From Guillardia theta CCMP2712 (taxonomy: Eukaryota > Protista > Cryptophyta), in the NCBI RefSeq assembly GCF_000315625.1, contig NW_005434668.1:623523-687522 (forward strand): 64,000 nt of DNA, in the 5' to 3' direction. The position numbers and the translations under genes are program-made. Position 1 is the stretch's first letter. Every line of letters starts with the position of its first letter. Shown here in pieces: positions 11,723 to 21,719 of the stretch. The notes under the pieces were generated by a model, which was not told the DNA's origin, made no database searches, and saw nothing but the letters and a program-made list of their open reading frames with translations.

Positions 11723-14700
11723 ATGGCCGGGGATCAGCGCATGTATGGCGCTGTTCCAAGGCCGACGGGCATGCGAGGCAGTAGGAGATGGTGAGTAGAG
11801 GATCACGAGGATCATTGTCTTCACCGAGTGAGGATAGAGTCTACAGGAGGTCTGACCCCTATGTCAGGTGGCAGACAAAGCTCGCGCTCATCCTCCCGAC
11901 AGCTCTCCTCGGGTTGATCGCACTGATAGCTGTCGCCATCCTGTCTCGCAGCCAACCGATTTCAGAGCTGAACTCGGACTTTGATTATGAAAACCCACTT
12001 GTTCAGTGGAAAAGTGATGAAAAGCTCAAGTAACTGCAGTAGTATTGCTCTTGTCGCCTCTGATCGTTCCTTATCAGACAACGAGCAGCAGATGCTGCTC
12101 AAAAAGGTCATTGCAGCTGCAATTGTGAACAACATTCTTCACTCAAAGTGAAAGCTGCAACCATGCTGGAGCAAGTTGGAGAGGTACCCTTTTTCGGGAG
12201 TACTCATCCATTTTTGTAACATACTTTGCGAAGAATGTCTTCTTTGGACCTTGCGCTGGTTGTCCTTGTGTTCGGAGTAATAATTTGGAGAGCATGATAG
12301 CAGCCCTAGCTAGTCAGACTGAGGTTCTATCTTCTCCTCATTGTCTCCTCTGCTCTGAATGCGACATCCTTTAGCAAGTGGAGAGTCATGAGGAAGAGCT
12401 CGACAAGCTCTACAAATCCAAGATTCCTGTGAGTACCTTGCGGTGAGGCTGCTACCTCTGCATTTACACTCGCGGCTTCACCCCAGGTGGACATCAAAAT
12501 TCGGGTCGGTCAGAAAGGAGTTCCTGGAACTGAAGGCCCGAAGGGATTCAGGGGTCCAGATGGCGTAGTCGGTGATCAGGGACCCCGTGGGCCGCCAGGG
12601 CCTAGAGGGCCGACGGGGCCGACAGGTAGAGACAATGGTCAATCCTGTTGAGAGGCTCTGACGGGCATGTCAGGACCTCCAGGGCCTCGAGGATTCAAGG
12701 GAGCGGATGGCATCACTGGCCCTCCCGGTCCGGACGGTCCGCGTGGGAAGACAGGTAAGGCTCCTTCCTGTAGCCTGCCTTGCATGACGGCTGCCTTTCA
12801 GGACCCGCAGGACCTGAGGGACCCGAAGGAATAGACGGGAAGAGGGGCCCGACGGGTCCTCCAGGGAGGGATGGTATTCCTGGAGGTTGTCTGGAGATTA
12901 AGTGCTGACCCTGCTCTTGAAGGTGTTCCTGGCCCACCAGGCTCCAACGGCCGTCAAGGTCCTCGTGGTCGCCCAGGTCCCACTCGAGGACCGCAGGGGC
13001 CTCCAGGAGAGCCTGGCCCCCAAGGTCCCATGGGAATGACCGGAAAACAAGGGCCTGAAGGCCCGAAAGGGTATGAAGGACCTCTGGGAGGCAATGGCTT
13101 GCCTGGGTCTCAGGGTCCAACGGGTCTACGTGGATTGTACGGACGAGGATGTGATGGCATAAGGCCAACAGATGCCTCACAGCTCAAGGTGCTGGACGCC
13201 TGCGGAACTTGTGGCGGTGACGAGAGCGAATGTTCGTTAAGTCGCTCAACACAGACAGCGCATGCAGTGGGTGACCCGCATTACCGCACGTTTGACGGCA
13301 AATCCTTCGATTACCAACTCAGTGGTGAGTTCATATTGGCAAGACACATGAACGACATAGAATTTCAAAACAAGCAAGTTCCGTGTCCCAACTCATGGGT
13401 TCGCTGCAACATCGGAGCAGCCGTCATCACAAAGAACTGGAACATTGTCTTTCGCAGCGACTGGAGATTGGATCAAATCATGGTTAACGGCAACATGTGG
13501 AGACAAGGATCAGACTATCGGTACGGCCATTGGAAAAGGCTCGATTGGAATCTGCGAATGCAAGTAAACGGGGGTCACTTCCTATTAGAATTTGCTGAGC
13601 TCAAAGGAGCGGAAGGAGCTGTTGTCTATGGATATCAATATGGCTGGGGTGCTCCGCTTCCCAACGGGCTCTACATGAATCTCTACTTTCAAGCTCCTTG
13701 GCGATGGAGCTCGGGTTTGAGCATGACAGGTTTATTCGGTAACTTCGACGGCAACTGGCAAGATGATTGGGACTCGATCTCTCCTTCGACTCTTTGGTGG
13801 GTAGCAGGCACGTCGCGATCAGCTTTCTCCAACTCTCAGTACCGCCTGGACTGGGGCAATCGAATCCATCGCAACCACAAGTCAGGAATCACGTCCCTTC
13901 AATCCTTGGAGAAGTCGTCGGCTTTGGCTGGGCAGGAGCAGAAATACATATCGGTGGTGAATTGGTCGCCAGAGGACGAATATACCGCTCTCAAAGAGGT
14001 GGATCATCTTACCACCAAGATGAGGAAGCGACTGTTTGACAAGATGGTGAAGGATAGAGTCATCGAGAGGTCTAAGGGCGAGAAATTGCCAACTTCGCAA
14101 CTTGCTCGCGCAGAGTTAGACATCATGCCCTATCGAGGAGAGCGACCAGATCACCTGCGTATTGAGCAGCAAATTCTCTTCAGAAAGGAGTGGAAGCTTC
14201 TCAAGCCCTCAGAGAAATCTCAGATGCTTGCAGGCCAAGTAGTGAGCAACAATGCATTCCCCATGTCCAAGATGTGTGCTGAATGCATCAGGGGATCGCA
14301 GGAGTGCAAGGACAAGGGGATCGTAGAGACACCAAAGGCTATCGGAATCACCTACCAGGATCAAGCCAAGATGAACTCTTGCCACAAGGCATGCCTCCCA
14401 TGGGTCCCCGCCGAAACTTCGAAGGTGATCTGCAAGTGTCGCATCGACTGCTCGATGGGTGTGGACGAGGCTCAGTGCACCAGCGACGCGGTTGAGAACT
14501 ACCTCTCCTCCAGGTTGGCTGCTCTCATTCCCGGGAAGGGCTCTTTGAATGAGCGATGCATTGCCTTGAAAGGCGGTATGGTCAAGGTGTACAAGGGAAA
14601 CAAACCCGGTGTTGAAATGCTGTGGAATCAGACTACCGCTCCGAACTTTGCGGTGACGTTCTGGTGGAAGCCGGACTTGCCCACTTCCTACGAGAAGAAA

Positions 14701-15246
14701 ACAAGAAAGAGTCTTCTGTACAAAGGGCCCAAGATTGAACAGAACTCAAAGTTGCCTTCTAACGTGCCGCTGCACATCGAAGTGGAGCCTCAAGGAAATG
14801 ATGTTTCCCTCATTGTCACTGTCGCTGGATACGAGAGCAAAGTGCCAGCAGAAAAGTGCTCCATGCTCACAAAGCAAGAATTTACTTTTGTTGCTGTCAC
14901 GAAGCGAGACAGCTCAATCACAGTCTGGTTGGGAGTGGACGGGAAAGAAAACTGCCAAACGATCTGCCCAGACAAGACGCTGCTCGGATGCAAGGATTCC
15001 ACATCTTGTGCGACTAAAGTTCACAACTTCAACCTTCCCAGCTCGCACTCATATGAGACGTCAGTGGACGACGAGATCACCATCGTAAGCCCGTCAGCGT
15101 CGACTGACGAGATTCCAGGGGGTTGGATGGGGAAACTGAATTACTTTGGCCTGGGAGGGTGGGATCCGACGAACAAGGTACCTCTTTGGGACAAGAAGAT
15201 CCCGGACATTGTACACATGAGACAACCGAGTGAGTGTGGAGCGTAA
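11723..15246 (+). CDS. Type II transmembrane collagen-like protein with ADAMTS-type Cys motif, VWD (GDPH) domain, Cys-rich region and LamG/ConA-like C-terminal domain
   Basis: Model begins [23 protein letters not shown]|[26 protein letters not shown] (TM), followed by several small helical exons. About 55 Gly-X-Y triplets (12508-13149), then GCDG...[42 protein letters not shown]...[13 protein letters not shown] (VWD), and [10 protein letters not shown]...[12 protein letters not shown] (LamG-like). Confidence 0.85.
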
Positions 15247-15260
15247 CTGATGCTCGAGCG

Positions 15261-17747
15261 CTACTGTTCTTTTAATGAAGCTTCGATCGCCAGCCTGATC
15301 TGCTCTTCCTCCGTCAGTCGCGCCCTTGCTCTCTGTGCCTTTGCCCTGCCCTTCTTTCGCGATTGCTCAGTGTGCTTTGAGAACTCCTCCTGCGACTTCT
15401 CTGGCACCCGCCCTCCTGCTTCTCCGCCTCCCGTTCCCTTAGAACTTCCTCGTCCACCTGCATTCGTTTTGCGTGCGACGTGCGGCTTCCCCTTCTTGAG
15501 ATCGGCTTGTAGAAAGGCTTCGGTCAGATCCCTCATCAGCTCCATGTCCTCCTGCAGCAACAAGTCACATGAGCAACTCTCGAGAGCTCTCGAGCAGCAT
15601 CAAGTCACCTCGGAGACTTCCTCGACGATGGTTTCTTTGGATCTCTTGGACAACTCAGGCAGATTCTGCAAGGATTCCAACGAGGACTTGATGCTCTCGA
15701 CATCTTCATTGCTGCACTCACCCATCACACATGATACAATGTTCGGTTCGGTCGCTACCTCTTGCTCTGAGCTTTCAAGGACCGGACGAACAAGTTCTCC
15801 TCCTCGGGCTTCATCACCTGAGGGACTAGTGACAAGAGGTCGCTCGTTGGAAGCTTCCCACCTCGGGATTGAAGCAGTGCAGGGCAGCCAGCAGCTTGAA
15901 GAAGGCCCGTGTGAAGGGCAGATGCATCTTGTCGCTCTTGGTGAACCCTGCTGTGCGGTCAGAGCTGCAGCTGCTGAGGCAGCTCCGCCTACCGTTGTAG
16001 TCTGGCCCTCTCTTGAGGACCTCGGCGATGGCAGCTGGCCAGAAGGAGTCAGCACGACGAGACGAGTCAGACGAGGACGAGGAGCACAGGATGAAGCGTC
16101 GATGACCCGCTGCTTGAAATTCGAGTCGTCGCCGAAGAGTTCGACCATCTGCTGGGAGTTAACGCAAGCAGGACGAGGGGGCAGCAGGACCTTGAGAAGG
16201 TCGGAAGCAAGGGGGTTGAAAGGCTGTTTGACCCCCCATGCAATCATCGCAGTGTTGTTCCTCTCAATCAGGCTAGAAGTAGCAAATCAATCAAAAGAGT
16301 CAGCTACCCAGACGTTATCAAGCAGAGACAAACGGGGAGAATGAAGGGTGGGACGAAGGACCTGATCAGAAGTTTGTTGTAGATGTCGTATCCTGCTAAC
16401 ACATCTATGGTTGGAGGATCCTACAGGGTGACCAGCGTCACTCTCAAGACTGTGCCGGCAACTCCGTCACCTCATACTCGCAGAAGAGAAGCAACCACTT
16501 GAGCAGCAAGGACACGATGTCGATCTGGTCGATGAGAAGCACCTGAGGGTTTGTGAGAGTCAAGAAGGAGAAAGTAGAGGCAGCAGCCGAGTCGCTTCAC
16601 CTTTTTCAGGACCGAAAGCGACAGACCGTCTTGCATGTGGTTGGAAACCAAGAGATCGGCTACAAAGTCGGCATCGAGGCTTTCAGGGTCCAGTTAGGGA
16701 CGTTGCGGGGGCAAGGGAGAGAGGAGAGAGACCTGCAGTAGTAGAGAACTTCGATCGCGTTCGATATGTACAGGTGAAGCTCTTTCCTCCGTTTTACGTC
16801 GCTGAGGTTGCCAGGTCACCGACCGGAGTGGGCGCGTGACTTTGACCTCACCTGGTCTCGTCGACCTCGGCGATGAAGATGGAGATGGCGTCGAAGAGGC
16901 CGTTGCAGATGGTCTCCGTGATCAGCTTGTGGGAGGTCAAGTCTTGTCGGAATGAAAACTGATCCGAGCCTTCACTCTTGCGAGCCCCTTCCCGCGCTCG
17001 ACACTCCATGCGCAGAAGTGAAGCCAACACTTGCAACGAATGCCCTATCAGATCCACCGCTGATGTACCACTGACAACTGCATCCCCTGGAAGTATCCCG
17101 TCTGCCTGTGAGCTAGTTGTGGACTCTTCCCCTTGTGCCTCGCTCTCGTCTCCTCCATTTCTGCTCTCTTGCTCCACAGTTGCCGCCTCATCTTCTTCAT
17201 CTTGTGAGACCTCGGCCGGGTCTTGTTTGCTGCATTGGACTGCAATGCCGATGGTGAAGCAGAACAGCATCGCGTCAACAATCTTTTCTGATTGTGAGAT
17301 CGTGTTGGGAGGAGAAGGTCTCGACGAGAACACGTTCTCAAGGATCAGCGGAAAGTCTGAGCAGAGGTGTGACAGGCAGAAAAGAACGTTTACACAATGC
17401 GAGAGGTGTGTGATCCATTTCCCTGACTTCTGATGCTTCCTCAGCACAGCAGCAACTGAGGACGGGACCCTCTCGCTGACCAGCACGCTGATCAGATGAT
17501 CCGGGAGCTCGAACCCCAGCCACACCAAGTCGATCGCCTTCTCTCCTTCCAGTACAATGTACAGCTTCCCCCTCACCTGTGCCTGCTTCGCAGGTGCTGC
17601 AGGAGAGGAGGAGGAGGAGGAGGAGGGTGCAGAGGGTAAGGAGGAGGAGGAGGTGAACGGCTTCACCTTGCAGCCCTTCCTCATCAACCGCATGTTCACC
17701 TGCGACAGGCTCTGCACCGCCGCCCCAACATCGCGCTCCCACTCCAT
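15261..17747 (-). CDS. Hypothetical protein with C-terminal ubiquitin-interacting motif (UIM)
   Basis: ORFs 16848-17858, 15600-16247 and 15261-15563 plus small exons between them. Ends LTEEEQIRLAIEASLKEQ*, matching the UIM consensus EEE.L..A...S. Confidence 0.7.
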
Positions 17748-17891
17748 GGACCCAATGGAAATTTGAACCGATTCAATCCTGTTGATTTTAGTCGATTGCA
17801 CCAACCATCCGCAGATCCTTGAGTTCAAATCGGTTTGAATCAAATTGTTGCTCAACACGCTTCTTCAAATCATGGTGTCAGGGAGCAGGAG

Positions 17892-19491
17892 ATGAAGGCA
17901 TGGCAGAGGTCGGCGCCCTCCTCGAGGAGGGGGAGGAGAGGAAGGAAGGGGCAGCAGGAGAGGAAGGACTGCAGGACTGTGAGTGACAGCTGCAAGTACT
18001 CCCTCGGGGAAAGCGACGACGAGACCCTCGACCTCCTCAGAGGTTCGACCCTTATAGACGACACGCTGACTGAACAGCACCTTGCCGTTGACCCTGCCTC
18101 CTCTCACTCTTTCACTTGCAATCAAGAGACACCAGAGCTCTTGGCTTCACCTGACAGACATCCGAGCTCGATCTCAGGGCAGGCAGGCAGGCAGCTGCTG
18201 ACCGAGCAAGAGCAGACGAGGCTCATTGAATGTGAAGATGTGACAGTCTTGAAGAAGTTGCTCAACTCATCGAAGAAATGTGAAGAATTGGCGAGAGTTG
18301 TAAAGAAACAAGACATGCTCTTGTACGAACTTGTTGCACAGAACATGAAGCTTAAAGATGAAATGCAAAAGTGCAAAGCGAAAACCGCTGGATTGGTGAA
18401 ATTTCTTCACATTCTGCTGGCGGCTAGTCTGACGAGCAGAAGCAGGACGAGAGAAAGACTCACGTGTTAGAGTTGGCCCTGCAGACATCAAACAATGTTG
18501 TTTCAAGCTTGAAGCGGAAGATGAAGATGCTGGAAGTGATGACGATGCTCTGTTTCCCCAGAGAGTCACCTGCTGGCAGGATGCTCTCAGTCAAAAGACT
18601 TTGCAGTCGGAAATCAGCAAGAGGATTGCAAACCGATCCAGGTGCATAGCCTTATCTGCTCCTACTCATCTGATGCTTGTCATCTGATGCTTGTCAAAGA
18701 CAGGAAGAGCGACAACTCTCCAGTGCGTTGAAGTCGTCAGCCGACGACCGCAGAGCCCTGCACCATGAACTCATGAACGAGAGGATCGAGTACTCCAACG
18801 GGTGATGGTCCCCCTTCCTCATTTCGTCGCATGCTCTCGTCCTCTTAGTCGTCCCTCACTTTCTCCCAGGATGCAAACTCTTCGGAAAGATGCCAACCAG
18901 CTGGCCCAACGGATTGCTCACATGACAGCATACTTGGCATCGAAAAATTTGAGGAGTCGAATCTTGACAAGAAAATTTCGAAGTTGGAGTTCGGTAGCTG
19001 CTGAGAATCTCAGAGGAGACATAGTAAGAGAGTTTCAACAGGCGGTAGCAGAGAAGCGCTACGAACATCTCGTGCTGGGAAATCTTAAGTCTCAAAGTCG
19101 TTCCACTTTTGATGCGATCCCCTTCAGGTGTTGATCAAGCCATGGAGAGATGGATGGAGAAAAAGCTGTTGCTGGTGTTTGGTCGACTGATTCTGCTTAT
19201 CTGACTGACATTTGCCGCAGCTTGTTTGGAGGAATTGGTGCTCATCAAGGTCCGGCTAAAGCTGCCGGGTCGGCCGACATCCCATTTGGTTCCAATCATA
19301 TTCCTCTTGTACTATCTATGAAGCAAATATGTATGAGTATAAAGGAAATGTCATCGATAACTTGGGGTTCAATCTTCTTTGTACTCCTTTGGGGTGTTTC
19401 ACTCCTCGCACACCTGAAAAAGACATTGGCAAGACACCAACACCATTGCCAATGCAGATTTTCTGTCGAACAAGCGAGTGTACATGATTGA
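17892..19491 (+). CDS. Hypothetical coiled-coil protein, probably with a C-terminal membrane anchor
   Basis: Heptad-rich exons (CEELARVVKKQDMLLYELVAQNMKLKDEMQKCK; MQTLRKDANQLAQRIAHM) separated by short introns. Last exon likely QICMSIKEMSSITWGSIFFVLLWGVSLLAHLKK...; 3' splicing uncertain. Confidence 0.55.
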
Positions 19492-19581
19492 GATTCAACA
19501 CAAGAAGCCACAATGTCAGGATTTTCTGTATTCATTCTATTACTTTTGTACAAAGAATATTCACGGTATCGTAACAGCATC

Positions 19582-20805
19582 TCAATCGGCTCGGGTAACT
19601 TCATCGAAAAAGGTCGGAGGAGGATTGGGGAAAGTTCGGAAATGTTGCACTTCGCCAGTGTTGAGGTCCCGGCACGTCAAGATGTCAAATTCACTGGAGG
19701 TTCCAGGAGGAATGATCCCCGTAACGAGCGTTGTTCTGCCATGCCATTGCTTGTGATATCCGGTGTATATGGTATTCCCTACAAACTCCTTCTCAAGCTT
19801 CCTGTAAGCCTTGAGCTCACACTTGAGATGATGATTCATCTTCCCCCAAACTCGCAGCATGATCCCTCCATATGGGCTCGACTTGCGCACTGTGATAGTC
19901 CCCCTCTCCTCCACTCCGTTGGTGTCAAGCAGCGAGGGTCCGAAGGAGCTCACGGGCAGTCTGGCAGGGATGGCAGTGGCACCATTGAAGTCTCTTGGTC
20001 CTGGGAGGGGCGAGGTCACGGTTGCTGGAACCTCTTCCTTGATCCCCGGGGGATTCCCTTGCTGGCTTTCGTCCACAACCTGAGCAGACAGTGACTGCTT
20101 GGACGTGAGCTGACGGTTGTTCTGAAGCTTGTTGTGCTGGAGAATCTCGTTCTGTGTGTTCAGCTTGTTGTTCGAACGAAGAAGGTGATTGATCTTCCTC
20201 TCAAGTCTGTTCACTTTCTCCAAATATACTTCTTGATTTTCCATGTCTGCGAGAGATTTTGCTTTAGCCTGTGATGAAGTTGAGGACAACTTCTGCATCA
20301 AAGCTACTTTGTTGGCCTTCAATCCTCTCTTCAGCAAATGATTCAACGCCTCCGCATCCAAATGCACCGAGCAATCCTCAACTGACATGCCATCGCAATC
20401 ATCAGCACGGGACTTTTGTAGACGGTGGTATTCCTCCTCTTCACGAAGATTTTTGTTCTGGATCTTCTTCCGATCATGCAAGATTTGTGACATGGAGGGC
20501 ATGAACTCAGAGTTATGAGCGTTGACAGCCTTGGGCTTCTTCTCCTCCCGTTCCAGCTGGGTAACAACTTTCCTTGTGGAATCTACCATGTCCGAAAGTA
20601 GCCTCCCCTCCATATGGATCAGTCTGCTCCCAAGGTTCTCGTTCGTGGGAGCCACTGCGACGATTCTTCCTCTTCCCGTGCGCATGACGAACAGCAGAGC
20701 CACCACCCACCCCAGTGCCGCAGCTCCTCCAGCCATCCCCAACCGCATCCGCTTCGCCATGACTCTTCGCTCTTTACCAGGACCACATCCCCTGACCTTC
20801 ACCAC
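19582..20805 (-). CDS. Hypothetical type II membrane protein with coiled coil and globular C-terminal domain
   Basis: Single 407-aa ORF, likely starting at MAKRMRLG (20760). TM segment AAALGWVVALLFVM, coiled coil (YLEKVNRLERKINHLLRSNNKL), beta-rich C-terminus of unknown family. Confidence 0.7.
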   Translation of the reverse strand: MVKVRGCGPGKERRVMAKRMRLGMAGGAAALGWVVALLFVMRTGRGRIVAVAPTNENLGSRLIHMEGRLLSDMVDSTRKVVTQLEREEKKPKAVNAHNSEFMPSMSQILHDRKKIQNKNLREEEEYHRLQKSRADDCDGMSVEDCSVHLDAEALNHLLKRGLKANKVALMQKLSSTSSQAKAKSLADMENQEVYLEKVNRLERKINHLLRSNNKLNTQNEILQHNKLQNNRQLTSKQSLSAQVVDESQQGNPPGIKEEVPATVTSPLPGPRDFNGATAIPARLPVSSFGPSLLDTNGVEERGTITVRKSSPYGGIMLRVWGKMNHHLKCELKAYRKLEKEFVGNTIYTGYHKQWHGRTTLVTGIIPPGTSSEFDILTCRDLNTGEVQHFRTFPNPPPTFFDEVTRAD

Positions 20806-20985
20806 CCGTTCACAAGTCTCGACATCATTTGATTCCTACTACCCCAGTACCCCCCAAATATCCCTTCATTACCCCACCCTTACAGTAAGAAGCTTCAACC
20901 CCTACCCTCCTTGCACAACCTCTAATTGTAACTGAAGACAACGGTCACAGCATGCAGGCAGGACCCGGGTAAGGAGGGAGCGACT

Positions 20986-21618
20986 ATGAGGCGACCGGAG
21001 CTCGTGATGCTGGCGGTCATGCTGAACCTGTTGCTTGCTGCTGATGGCGAACTCACCCTGCACAATCGAGACAACATGACGGTCATGAGCCGACAGCAAT
21101 CTGCTGTGATTGAGTCGAGCGCAAAGGAGCTTTACCAGACTCTGCTGAAAAACAAACGAGACAAGAACGAGTTTTTAATTGCTCTCTTCTACTCAGATGA
21201 TGTGTTCAGCACAAGAGCCGTTCCATTCTTTGATGTCACTCCCCAGTTTTTTCCTTTTCCGAACAACGTCAAATTTATCTCATTCAATGCGAAGAACGAT
21301 CGCAAGATGATTTTGCGATTTCGATTGCATGGTTTCCCCACCATTGTTTGTTTTCACAAGGGCAAGATAACATCGCGGCTTGAGCGAGCGTTCACCACTG
21401 ACAACATCATTCGGTTTGTGAACAGGAGCACTGGGATCTCACCGATTAAGGGGCAAGTTCCACAGGTGTGGGTGACGGAGGAGGGCAGGGCGAGGGTGGA
21501 CGGGCAGGATCCTTTACTGCACTTGTCAATGTTGTTGATTGTGTTGGGAGGTCTTCACTTGCTCTATCAGTCGACCAGAAGGACGGCAGAGTCTTCAGAG
21601 CATGACAAGAGTGACTGA
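20986..21618 (+). CDS. Thioredoxin-fold type I membrane protein, TXNDC15-like, lacking active-site cysteines
   Basis: Signal peptide; FLIALFYSDDVFSTRAVPFF; RFRLHGFPTIVCFHKG (cis-Pro loop); NIIRFVNRSTGISP; C-terminal TM. The layout matches TXNDC15/APR-like proteins. Confidence 0.7.
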   Translation: MRRPELVMLAVMLNLLLAADGELTLHNRDNMTVMSRQQSAVIESSAKELYQTLLKNKRDKNEFLIALFYSDDVFSTRAVPFFDVTPQFFPFPNNVKFISFNAKNDRKMILRFRLHGFPTIVCFHKGKITSRLERAFTTDNIIRFVNRSTGISPIKGQVPQVWVTEEGRARVDGQDPLLHLSMLLIVLGGLHLLYQSTRRTAESSEHDKSD

Positions 21619-21719
21619 CTTGCTCACAAGTTTCGAGATGTGGCACAGCAATGCTGACACGTGGAGGATATTGAGCCTCCAGTCAGCAGGTTCAACGGAC
21701 TTGATCTTGTTGGAAACAT

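Noticed and set aside
15250-16344. 364-aa plus-strand ORF
   Set aside because: Antisense shadow of the UIM-containing gene, with no domain features.
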